DNA from: Bdellovibrionota bacterium
Lineage (GTDB): Bacteria > Bdellovibrionota_G > JALEGL01 > DATDPG01
Direction of reading: 5' to 3'
DNA: 64,000 bases
NCBI GenBank assembly: GCA_963668355.1
Contig: OY764265.1
Span: 1,888,001-1,952,000, forward strand
Shown: piece by piece, positions 1 through 9,118 of the stretch
How positions within the stretch are numbered: the first letter of the stretch is position 1
Layout of the letters: the number at the start of each line of letters is the position of its first letter
Notes under the pieces: model-generated
The model's database searches: none
Seen by the model: the letters and a program-made list of their open reading frames with translations, nothing else
What the model was told of the DNA's origin: nothing
Made by a program: the position numbers and the translations under genes

Positions 1-1
1 T

Positions 2-1081
2 TCAGGATTGGTGGAGGAAAATTATTTCGCTCTAAGTGGGGAGGCACAGCTGAGAACCAAAATCGAAGAAGGTGTAGAGGTCACGATTGGGGGAAATTAT
101 CGTTATACCTCTTTGGATGGCTTCAACAATGGAACGTTTGTGGTGATCGATCCCACAGAGTATTCGCTTCATCTCGGCGGTGGATTCATTCATGGAGAGT
201 TTCATCTGATCCCGGATCAATTGAGGTTTTTTGCCGGAGTGAAAGTGGATCACAATAGTTTTACAGGGTTTGAGATCCAACCCAGCGCCAAGCTGCTATG
301 GGTCCCCAATCCTAAACACGCCCTTTGGGTTTCTGTGGCCAAAGCCGTTCGGACGCCTTCGGTTGTGGATACAGGGGTTCGCTACCTTGTCGGGGTTGAT
401 ACGGGTCCCCCTGTGACACTGATTCGATTGAATGGGTCTTCTGCTTTCGAGTCCGAAAACCTTTGGGCATACGAATTGGGCTATCGGATTCAACCGTATG
501 CGGATCTGTCATTGGATTTTGCCGGTTTTTACAATCAGTATGGAGATATGGAGACGGCCGAATTTGGATCGGTTGGTTTTGATTCCGATCTGGGTGCGGT
601 GGTTCAAGAAACGAACTATTCCAATCTTGGAGAGTATCGTTCCTATGGCGTTGAGTTTTCCGGCGCCTGGGCTTTGTTTGATTTTTGGAAGTTGAATCTG
701 GGATATTCTTTTTTGAAAATTGATGCAGACTTGAATTCGAACTTAACGGCTTCGATCTTGATCAACGAAGCCGTCAATCGATATCCAATGCACCAAATTC
801 AACTCAGATCATATTTGGACCTGCCCTTCAATCTTGAGCTGGATACGGCCTTTTTCTTTGTGGATGAGTTGAGGGTTCATGACGCCTCGGATGCGAATGC
901 CGACTTCAGTAAATATCTTCGGGCAGACATCCGCCTTGGGTGGAGGCCCATGAAGAATCTAGATGTTTCCCTCGTTGGACAGAATCTCATTCACGAACAT
1001 CAAGAATTTCCATCTCTGTTGAGGGTTTCTCAGCAGAAGCTCGAACGAAACTTTTTTGGAAAGCTTACGTATGAATTCTAA
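2..1081 (+). CDS. TonB-dependent outer-membrane receptor, C-terminal part (5' truncated by window edge)
   Basis: Frame is open from base 2. Amphipathic beta-strands, LVGQNL motif near the end, C-terminal GKLTYEF ending in Phe. Directly followed by a YfiR-like gene. Confidence 0.9.
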   Translation, partial: SGLVEENYFALSGEAQLRTKIEEGVEVTIGGNYRYTSLDGFNNGTFVVIDPTEYSLHLGGGFIHGEFHLIPDQLRFFAGVKVDHNSFTGFEIQPSAKLLWVPNPKHALWVSVAKAVRTPSVVDTGVRYLVGVDTGPPVTLIRLNGSSAFESENLWAYELGYRIQPYADLSLDFAGFYNQYGDMETAEFGSVGFDSDLGAVVQETNYSNLGEYRSYGVEFSGAWALFDFWKLNLGYSFLKIDADLNSNLTASILINEAVNRYPMHQIQLRSYLDLPFNLELDTAFFFVDELRVHDASDANADFSKYLRADIRLGWRPMKNLDVSLVGQNLIHEHQEFPSLLRVSQQKLERNFFGKLTYEF

Positions 1082-1667
1082 ACAACGCATAGGGTTGGGA
1101 AAATTATTTTTCTTCTCTATTGTGCTTCTCTGGTCGGGTTTTTCTCAGGCTCAAACTGAAATCTCGGTGGACCAAAGGGCACTGCTGATGATGAAAGTTT
1201 TGGGATATGACCAAAGTCTTTTCTCCAAAGTCAGTTCGATTAAGGGCGTTGTCAATATAGGGGTTTTGGCGAGAAGAGAAAACGCCAATTCGCTGGAATG
1301 TCAGAAAGAAATGCTTTCGAGTCTAAAAAGGTTGGGGAAGAAATTTAGTATTGGAAATCACCTCGTTCTTGGAAAGGCAGTCGGTTTTGAGACCGGGTTG
1401 GAAAAAATTTTCAAAAAGTCCGGCCTTCAGGCCTTGTTTATCTGCCCGGAACTTACCGAGGAACTTCCCGTCATCTTGTTGGCGACACGATCTCAAAACG
1501 TTTTATCTTTGTCAGATCGGGATCAAGATGTCGAAGCGGGTGTAAGCGTTGGGTTGTTATGGGATGGAAAGAAGCCTTTGATCAAAGTGAATTTGAAGTC
1601 ATCGAGGCAGGAAGGTGCCAAATTATCCTCTTCCCTGTTGCAAATTGCGCAAGTTGTCAATCGCTGA
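1071..1667 (+). CDS. YfiR/HmsC-family (DUF4154-like) periplasmic protein
   Basis: Signal peptide ending SQA. C-terminal motif VNLKSSRQEGAKLSSSLLQIA is typical of the family. ATG at 1071 overlaps the end of the receptor gene. Confidence 0.8.
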   Translation: MNSKQRIGLGKLFFFSIVLLWSGFSQAQTEISVDQRALLMMKVLGYDQSLFSKVSSIKGVVNIGVLARRENANSLECQKEMLSSLKRLGKKFSIGNHLVLGKAVGFETGLEKIFKKSGLQALFICPELTEELPVILLATRSQNVLSLSDRDQDVEAGVSVGLLWDGKKPLIKVNLKSSRQEGAKLSSSLLQIAQVVNR

Positions 1668-1668
1668 T

Positions 1669-4092
1669 TCAAAGAGAAGACAAAAACTCCATGAGTTGAG
1701 TCTTGTCTGTGGCCGAGAGGCCTTCAAAGGTTTCTTTCGCGGTCCTAGCTTCTCCCTCATGTCTTAAAATTGCTTCTTCCAACGAAGTTGACATTCCGTC
1801 GTGCATGAACGGAGCAGTATGAGAAATCCCCCAGAGGGGTGGGGTGCGAAACTCTTTCTGCGTGGCTTCTCCTGACTCAATTCCCTTAAAACTCTCGGCC
1901 GCAACGTCGTGCAAAAGAAAGTCGCTATACGGAAAAATTCGTTTTCCAGAGGGAAGGTCAAAAAAGGGTGTGTGACATTTTTGGCATCCTGTTTCCGAAA
2001 AAACTTCCGCACCGCGATGGCTCTGAAGGGAGGAGCGATCTTGGGGTGGTGGAGACAAATGCTTTAAAAAGAAGCTCACTTGTTCGAATTCATCCGAAGA
2101 AATTTCTGGATCCACGGCGTTGTCCCCATCCGATGTTTCTCCAAATGTATGTGCCGAGCTGAGTGGAAGCGTGAGCCCCATCTCGTTGGAAAAAGCGTCT
2201 CTTATAAACTCTTCTGTCGAGGGAATATCCGCTTTCCAACCAAATCGTCCCAGCCGGTCATCTTCCAGAATATGAGCCTTTCCACTAATGCCATCCGAGT
2301 TTTCATCGTTGGGGTCGGCCAACGCGAGGATATCGTTTCTCGGAATTTGTTCGATCAGTCCCAAACCGAACAAAGGAGGCGTTTGTCGATGCTCAAAATG
2401 ATTCGAAAGGGGATCAGGTTCTGGCCGTTGGTCTAAAGCTGCTAAGAACTTATGGAGGATCGTTCCATTGGTAGGTGGTGTGAAATCTCCCTCTTCGTCA
2501 ATCATTCCTTGGCGAAAGACGTTGACATCTGCGGGACCGGCCCCTCCAAGAACGGGTAAAAAGTGACAGGCACGACAGGAATCTCCATTGAATTTTTCTC
2601 CCAGACCTTCCTGGAAAAGAAAATCCCGGTCAAAGAGATCTCGTCCCTTTCGAAAGAGAGTTTGTTCGGCTGAAGTAAGTTCACGATCCGGAGATCCCCA
2701 TTCGTTTTCCTCTGGGATTTCTTGGTTGGGAGGAAGGAGCCCTTCTGTTTTTTGAGAAGCTCCTCCGAGAGATTCCAAGAACAAAACCAAATTGTGTCGT
2801 TGGGTTTCCGTCAAATTTTCATAGTTATTCTTGGCCGTGAGAGCTTCACCCCCGTGAAAGCGAATGGCTTCGTCGAGGGTGTCTGCTCGGCCATCATGGA
2901 GATAGGGGCCCACAACGCCGATTCCCCATAGGGGTTGTGTGCGAAACTCACTGGAGGTGGCCAATCCAAATTCCAATCCATCTTGAAGATCGGGTCCCAT
3001 GTCATGAAGGAGTAGGTCGCTGTATAGAGGAATCGGTCCCAAAGGAGATCGCAATGACTGGATGTGGCAGGAAGTGCATCCGATTTCGGAAAACCAAAAA
3101 GCTCCGTCGGAGGTGGTCTCGGTAAGAGGGTCAGGCTTGGGGACTGCCAATAGGTGAGACATGGTGACCAAATTCAAAAGATCGTTGTTGGTCATTTCAG
3201 GGTCAGGAATGTCGTCTTCGTCTGGAACGACCCGTCCGAAAAAGGGTCCTTGGGCCAAGGCAAGTGGAAATGAAAAGATTTTTCCGAACCACGCAACCAA
3301 CGTTTCTGTTGTGGTCTCTTGGGGGACAAAGGGCAAATGTTTTCGTTGGGATATGGTCAGCGGGGATGTAGTGACTCCCAAATGGTTTCGAAGAGGTCCT
3401 CGAATAAAACTTTCAATGGAATGAGTTTGAGCCTTTCTTCCGAATCGCCCGATGGCTTCTCGAGGTCCAGGTGCTGGCGCTCGAATGAGATTGACCCGCC
3501 CGCTGATTCCATTTCCGTCCTCGTCCTCTTCATCCACATTCTCCAAAATGGCCTCTTCTTCGATTTGTGAAATGAGTCCCGCGCCATAAAATGGAATCGG
3601 ATTTCGAGTCGCGATGATATTGGCTTCTTCTTCCGTCGGAACGCGGCCCTCTTCATAGATAGAGTAATGGCGTTGAACGCCTCCTTCTCCAAGAAACTCA
3701 AAAGATCCATCTTCTCCCTTATGAGCGACAATGAGAAAGTTCCGATACCGACCGGCTCCTCCTCCAATGGTTGGTTTCTCATGACAGGCGCCACAGAATG
3801 TGACGGTAAAGTGGGGTCCGGCTCCCTGGCCTTGGACCACTTGTTTTTGAGCCACAATTAAGCCTTGTTCAAACTGTACTAGCTGCTCGTCGGAAGCCAA
3901 TGGAAGAGGCTCGCCCAGATTCGCATAGATCTGGTCCTCCACAGGACTTGTGCAGGCGGTGATCGCATATGAAGCGAAGAATATTAGGCAGATCCAAGTT
4001 TTTTTGGGGAGAGGGGGGATGAAATTCACAATTTGATGATTTATATCATAAAAAACACGGACTTCGCGAGATTTGTCGCTTGAGGGGGACAA
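1669..4092 (-). CDS. Tandem di-heme oxidoreductase (DHOR-family) lipoprotein with four CXXCH motifs
   Basis: CGACH, CTSCH, CRACH and CQKCH. Duplicated motifs GRFG(R/W)KA, YSD(L/F)LLHD, EFRTxPLWG, (Y/F)(L/M)HDG. Lipobox-like ITAC; true start may be GTG at 4029. Confidence 0.85.
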   Translation of the reverse strand: MSPSSDKSREVRVFYDINHQIVNFIPPLPKKTWICLIFFASYAITACTSPVEDQIYANLGEPLPLASDEQLVQFEQGLIVAQKQVVQGQGAGPHFTVTFCGACHEKPTIGGGAGRYRNFLIVAHKGEDGSFEFLGEGGVQRHYSIYEEGRVPTEEEANIIATRNPIPFYGAGLISQIEEEAILENVDEEDEDGNGISGRVNLIRAPAPGPREAIGRFGRKAQTHSIESFIRGPLRNHLGVTTSPLTISQRKHLPFVPQETTTETLVAWFGKIFSFPLALAQGPFFGRVVPDEDDIPDPEMTNNDLLNLVTMSHLLAVPKPDPLTETTSDGAFWFSEIGCTSCHIQSLRSPLGPIPLYSDLLLHDMGPDLQDGLEFGLATSSEFRTQPLWGIGVVGPYLHDGRADTLDEAIRFHGGEALTAKNNYENLTETQRHNLVLFLESLGGASQKTEGLLPPNQEIPEENEWGSPDRELTSAEQTLFRKGRDLFDRDFLFQEGLGEKFNGDSCRACHFLPVLGGAGPADVNVFRQGMIDEEGDFTPPTNGTILHKFLAALDQRPEPDPLSNHFEHRQTPPLFGLGLIEQIPRNDILALADPNDENSDGISGKAHILEDDRLGRFGWKADIPSTEEFIRDAFSNEMGLTLPLSSAHTFGETSDGDNAVDPEISSDEFEQVSFFLKHLSPPPQDRSSLQSHRGAEVFSETGCQKCHTPFFDLPSGKRIFPYSDFLLHDVAAESFKGIESGEATQKEFRTPPLWGISHTAPFMHDGMSTSLEEAILRHEGEARTAKETFEGLSATDKTQLMEFLSSL

Positions 4093-4245
4093 AAATCGTG
4101 AGTTTGAACCAGGAGTAGGAAAGATGTCTCTGAAAGGATTGTGCGTAGCGGGTCTTCGGAGATGCCATCTTTATTAAGATTTTTTTAGACATTTTTGATA
4201 TGAACGCCCGCTCGCAGATGGTTCATCCTTGAATTTTTTGAAAGT

Positions 4246-6207
4246 GTGAAAGTCGTGGCAAATGGATTATTGGAAAAGATTAGCGGTCCAGCGGATCTAA
4301 AAAAACTTTCGATTGAACAGCTCTCTGATTTGGCGCAGGAGTTGCGCGAAGCCATTTGCAAACAGGTTTCGACTTCCGGGGGTCACTTGGCTCCGAACTT
4401 GGGTGTTGTTGAGCTAACCATCGCTCTGCACTACGTATTCGACTTTGCTCATGATCGGTTGCTTTTTGATGTGGGACACCAGTGTTATACCCATAAACTT
4501 CTTACCGGGCGGCAACCGCTTTTATCCAAATTACGTCAGAAGAATGGAATGGCGGGCTTTCCGGAACCCCGAGAGTCACATTATGACTTGTTCAGCGTGG
4601 GACATGCCGGGACTTCCGTGGCTACGGGGGTTGGAATGGCCCGAGCCGACAGCTTGATGGGGCAAGGAGATCGCTGTGTCGTAAGTTTGGTTGGTGATTC
4701 GTCCATCGTGAATGGTGTTTCATTGGAAGGCTTGAATAATGCGGGAACGCTTAACCGTCAGTTTTTGGTCGTCCTCAATGACAACGGGATGTCCATTGCC
4801 AAACCGGAAGGTGCCGTTTCCAAGTATCTTGATCAAGTCCGTGTGAATAAAGCGTTCGGGGACCTCAAAAAGAACACCAAACGTCTTTTGAGTGAAATTC
4901 CCATGGGGAATCAATTGGAACGCTTATATGAGAGGGCAGGTGGAGCTATTCGAGGCGCGTTGCATCCTCACCATTTGTTCAGTGAATTTGGTTTGGTCTG
5001 TGTGGGACCTATGGATGGTCACGACCTTCCGGCGTTGATTCAGATGTTTGAACAAGCCAAGAACTTTGATCGTCCTTTGCTGATTCATTGCAAGACCATT
5101 AAAGGAAAGGGATTTGACTTCAGTACGAAAGATCCCACGACGTTTCACTCCCCAAGTCCGTTTGAGGTTGAGCGAGGAAAAGTCGAATGGAAAAAGAAGG
5201 GTCGCTCTTTCACCGCGGCATTTGGAGATGCCCTGACCAGTACCATGCAAAAGGACGAGAGAGTCGTGGCTGTAACGGCAGCCATGCCGGATGGTACAGG
5301 CCTGTCGAAAGTTTCTCCTCACTTTCCCAAACGCGTATTTGATACCGGTTTGTGTGAGAGTCACGCCATGGACATGTGTGCCGGAATGGCAAAGGTTGGC
5401 ATTAAACCATTTTTTGCCGTGTACTCGACGTTTGTCCAAAGAGCCTTGGATCAAGTGTTTCAAGAAGTGGCGCTACAAAGTCTTCCGGTTCGTGTATGTC
5501 TGGATCGAGCAGGTTATGTGGGCAGTGATGGCGCCGTTCATCATGGTTTTATGGACTTGAACCTGTTTAAACCTTTTCCGGGAATCGTGATGCTGGCCCC
5601 AAGTGATGAGCCCAATCTCATTGCGGCATTGGAGTTTATGCGCATGTACGATTCGGGAGCCTCGTTTATGAGGTATCCCCGAGACGAGGTGCCCAGTCAT
5701 CCAATTTCAGAAGACGTTCCACCCTTCCAATTGGGTAAAGCCCATTTGGTCCGTCGGGCGAGTTCGGAAAAGCCAGATTTAGCCATTCTGGCGTATGGAA
5801 CCGAAGTTTATGAAGCGTTGAAAGCCCTACAGAATATGGGGTCTGAAGCCTCAAATGTGGCTTTGTATGACGCTCGGTTTGCCAAACCCATTGATGTCGA
5901 TCTCGTTACACGATTGGTGCGGAGTGAAACCCCCATTCTCACGATTGAAGAGAATATGGTTTCGGGGGGATTTGGCAGCTCGGTCTTGGAAGCCTTAAAT
6001 TCTCGAAATCTGCCAACCAATTCCGTTCATTTGATGGGAATGCCTGAGCGATGGGTGTATCAAAACAGTCGCGCAGGACAATTGGCGGAAGTGGGACTGG
6101 ATGCAGCAGGAATTGAACAAAAAGTTCGCTCCCTTATGGTTCAAATTCAACGCCCTCGGCGAAAACAAGTCAAAAGAGATTTTCGAGTTATCGAAGCGCA
6201 AAGCTAG
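4246..6207 (+). CDS. dxs: 1-deoxy-D-xylulose-5-phosphate synthase
   Basis: GHLAPNLGVVELTIALH, DVGHQCYTHK, TPP-binding GD...NDN, VYSTFVQRALDQ, DRAG. Confidence 0.97.
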   Translation: MKVVANGLLEKISGPADLKKLSIEQLSDLAQELREAICKQVSTSGGHLAPNLGVVELTIALHYVFDFAHDRLLFDVGHQCYTHKLLTGRQPLLSKLRQKNGMAGFPEPRESHYDLFSVGHAGTSVATGVGMARADSLMGQGDRCVVSLVGDSSIVNGVSLEGLNNAGTLNRQFLVVLNDNGMSIAKPEGAVSKYLDQVRVNKAFGDLKKNTKRLLSEIPMGNQLERLYERAGGAIRGALHPHHLFSEFGLVCVGPMDGHDLPALIQMFEQAKNFDRPLLIHCKTIKGKGFDFSTKDPTTFHSPSPFEVERGKVEWKKKGRSFTAAFGDALTSTMQKDERVVAVTAAMPDGTGLSKVSPHFPKRVFDTGLCESHAMDMCAGMAKVGIKPFFAVYSTFVQRALDQVFQEVALQSLPVRVCLDRAGYVGSDGAVHHGFMDLNLFKPFPGIVMLAPSDEPNLIAALEFMRMYDSGASFMRYPRDEVPSHPISEDVPPFQLGKAHLVRRASSEKPDLAILAYGTEVYEALKALQNMGSEASNVALYDARFAKPIDVDLVTRLVRSETPILTIEENMVSGGFGSSVLEALNSRNLPTNSVHLMGMPERWVYQNSRAGQLAEVGLDAAGIEQKVRSLMVQIQRPRRKQVKRDFRVIEAQS

Positions 6208-6254
6208 TTTTTCTTTAGAGAACCCGTTAGGTTCTTAAGAAGGTTCGCTCATTC

Positions 6255-7652
6255 ATGACTTCTCGGCAATCCACATGGTTAATGATCGTCGTTTTGGTCG
6301 CATGTGCCGTTGTTCTTTTTTTGAAGGCTGACCGAGGAGCTCTGCATAACAGCGACGATGCTCACTATGCGGAAGTTATTCGCAATGTATCCGAAGGGCA
6401 CTGGTTTCCTTTAAAATTTGGGAAGAATGATTTTGTTGCCAAACCCCCACTTCCTTTTTGGGTTGGAGGTGTTTTTGTACACATTTTTGGGGATGCAGAA
6501 TTTTCCTATCGTTTGTTGTCCTTGCTTTCGTCCATTGCTATCTTGATTTTGCTGACTCTTCTGCTTTGGAGCCAATCCAAATGGGCGTCGATTCTCTTTT
6601 CAGTTTTATTAATGGGATGCTCTCTTTTTTCACTGCATTCGAGGCGGGTTTTGTTGGATCTTCCACTCGTGGCTTGTGTAGGCGGAATGTTGTACTTCGG
6701 CTTCAAAAGAAAGTGGTTGGCTTTTTGGGTTTTTGCCTTGGTGGGGTGGTGGACCAAAGAGTATCTCGTGCTTCCTGCCATTTTTGGAGTGGGTCTGTTT
6801 TACGTTTTGGAAGATCGAAGTCCATTCACGAAGAAAAGGTTTTGGCTGGGAACGTTTCTGTTTTGTTTGGGCATTTTGCTTCTACATGAAATGCGTCTTG
6901 AAACCACCGGCACTTCAAACTTATCTCTGAATTCAATTCAGTCGAATGTTCTTTCAGCTCAAAACATTCCGAATGTTTATGCGAATGCTGTGCTCGCGGA
7001 TACCTGGGCTTTTTTTCTGGTATTTCCAGCGTTAATTTGGGGGTTGCTGGGGCGATCGAAACCTCCAAAACTTCTTTCTTTTGTCGTCATTTCCTACGGA
7101 TTGGCTCTGTGGCTCACAAAAACCCAGCTTCCTCACTATCTCCTGCCCGTTTATGTGCTTGGATTGGCCTTGGTGGCTCTTTTTTCTGTGGAAGTTGTCA
7201 GGCTTCTTCCGAGGGGAAGGAGAGTTGTTTCCCTCCTTTTTTTGTCGGCCTTGAGCTTCCAGGTTTGGACGATCAACGCCTTTCGTTTTTCATCAAGTGA
7301 CCTTGAGTGGCGTTCAGGATCGGCGACCAAAGCCTTGGCCCTGGGGGTTCGAAATAAATTGGATGAAAAAGAAAAACTGTGCGTTGTGGATACGTACTTC
7401 CCCGGATTTCTGTTCTACAGTCATCGAAGAACAGTTGGAATGTATACGAGTGAGAGGGCTTATCATGCCATTTCGGCGGTAAGGGAGTTTGAGGGGATGA
7501 TCTTTCAAACTCGTCGAGACGAGTTGATTTCAACCATGCGCACCCAATGCAGTGGATGGGTGATTGGTCCCGAAAAACTATTGCGACAATTTCAATCTCA
7601 ATTGGAGATCGAAAGCCGATCAGGTCCTCTAGCATTGGCTTTTCTGAGATGA
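6255..7652 (+). CDS. ArnT/PMT-like (GT-C fold) membrane glycosyltransferase
   Basis: N-terminal TM, then DDAHY acidic loop, KPPL, D.P motif, WTK, HYLLPVY; many TM helices. Confidence 0.8.
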   Translation: MTSRQSTWLMIVVLVACAVVLFLKADRGALHNSDDAHYAEVIRNVSEGHWFPLKFGKNDFVAKPPLPFWVGGVFVHIFGDAEFSYRLLSLLSSIAILILLTLLLWSQSKWASILFSVLLMGCSLFSLHSRRVLLDLPLVACVGGMLYFGFKRKWLAFWVFALVGWWTKEYLVLPAIFGVGLFYVLEDRSPFTKKRFWLGTFLFCLGILLLHEMRLETTGTSNLSLNSIQSNVLSAQNIPNVYANAVLADTWAFFLVFPALIWGLLGRSKPPKLLSFVVISYGLALWLTKTQLPHYLLPVYVLGLALVALFSVEVVRLLPRGRRVVSLLFLSALSFQVWTINAFRFSSSDLEWRSGSATKALALGVRNKLDEKEKLCVVDTYFPGFLFYSHRRTVGMYTSERAYHAISAVREFEGMIFQTRRDELISTMRTQCSGWVIGPEKLLRQFQSQLEIESRSGPLALAFLR

Positions 7653-9118
7653 ACGCGAATTCACAAATGTCCATTCGATACCTGGAAGCTTTTGTCCTCG
7701 CGTTGTTCTTTGGGTGCGTTTTCCTTGTTTCCCTTCTTCCCATTTCTTCCAATGATTTTTGGTGGAATTTGAAAGTCGGCGAATGGATTTGGCAAAATCA
7801 ACGATTGCTAGAGTCAGATGTGTTTTCCCATACGATCCAAGGTGCAGCCTGGGTAAATCATGAAGTCGGAAGCCAACTCCTTTTGTATGTATTGTATCGT
7901 CTTGGAGGGTTGGATGGCGTTCGCATATTTGTGGCCTATGGAGCGGTTTTCATTGCGATGGTGGTGTTCTTGGGAGTTGGGGGGAGAAAAAGTCGCTTGT
8001 TTGGTCTTTTGTTTGCGGCTTTGGCGGTTTTTCTGGCCTTTCCAAGATTGTCCCCCAGACCCTCTTTGTTGAATGTGTTGTTTCTCCCGATATTGCCATG
8101 GCTTTGGAGTTGGGTTTCTTCGAACTTTCAACGAAGAAGAGTGTTTTTGCTCTTCTTCATTCATTTGGTTTGGATAAACTTTCATCCAGAAGGCTTGATC
8201 GCAATATTTTTTACCAGTGGATACTTCTGTGTAGAGGGAATATATTCTTCGAACCGGCGAAAAAAATATCTACTTTTGTCGGCCTTCCTCCCTCTCCTGG
8301 CCTTATGTCAGCCACACGGGTGGCACCTGTTGAACCTGATTCTTTCCGATACCCAGGAAAGCATGGGGAGGATTCATGAATGGAGGCCTACGCTCTCGGC
8401 CTTCTTGTGGAGTGGAAATTGGCGTGTGCTAGGTTCTCTGGGATTCGGACTTGGATTCATCCTTCTTTCCCTGTTTCAAAATAGAAACAAGTTTCCTTGG
8501 AGTGAAAGGCTTGTAGCGATTGCGGCATTCATTCTGGCATTGACCGCGGCTCGGGAAGTGGCTTGGGGTATTCTTTCTCTTGTGATTGTGGGGCGGAGGT
8601 TTGGACCCATCTATGGTCAGATGTTTGGCAAGCCCATGTTAAGAGGGGGGGTGGTTCTTTTGGTTTTTGCCTGTCTCCCCTGGAAAAACTTTTCCATAAA
8701 TTCTTGGGCTACATCCGTGAGAGAGGACCGTTTCCCCATACAACAGGTGGAATTTATGAAAGAAAGCCACTTAGAAGGAAACCTCTTCAATTTTTATGAT
8801 AATGGCGGATACGTCCTTTTTCATCTCTACCCAAAATGTAAAGTGTTCATCGACTCCAGAAACAATCCTTATCCCAGGAAGATAAAATACGACCACGACC
8901 TCATTCTAAGGGGTGGTTCTAATGCTCAGAAATTGCTTGATCAATATGCGATTGACCTTCTTCTCATACGAGCCAACTATTTTTCTGATCCACAAAATAA
9001 CCCTCACTGGCTGCGTATTTTTTCGGATGGTCAATATGATGTTTATTTACGAAAAAACGTTCATAACCTCGAAAATTTAGAGAAAGTGAAGAAGTATTAC
9101 GTGGAGAGGGCTTCGTGA
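7649..9118 (+). CDS. Polytopic membrane protein, probable GT-C glycosyltransferase
   Basis: DFWWNLKVGEWI, WVNHE, RP, WINFH, EWRP, GGYVLF, VFIDSR motifs. ATG at 7649 overlaps the upstream stop (ATGA). Confidence 0.65.
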   Translation: MNANSQMSIRYLEAFVLALFFGCVFLVSLLPISSNDFWWNLKVGEWIWQNQRLLESDVFSHTIQGAAWVNHEVGSQLLLYVLYRLGGLDGVRIFVAYGAVFIAMVVFLGVGGRKSRLFGLLFAALAVFLAFPRLSPRPSLLNVLFLPILPWLWSWVSSNFQRRRVFLLFFIHLVWINFHPEGLIAIFFTSGYFCVEGIYSSNRRKKYLLLSAFLPLLALCQPHGWHLLNLILSDTQESMGRIHEWRPTLSAFLWSGNWRVLGSLGFGLGFILLSLFQNRNKFPWSERLVAIAAFILALTAAREVAWGILSLVIVGRRFGPIYGQMFGKPMLRGGVVLLVFACLPWKNFSINSWATSVREDRFPIQQVEFMKESHLEGNLFNFYDNGGYVLFHLYPKCKVFIDSRNNPYPRKIKYDHDLILRGGSNAQKLLDQYAIDLLLIRANYFSDPQNNPHWLRIFSDGQYDVYLRKNVHNLENLEKVKKYYVERAS

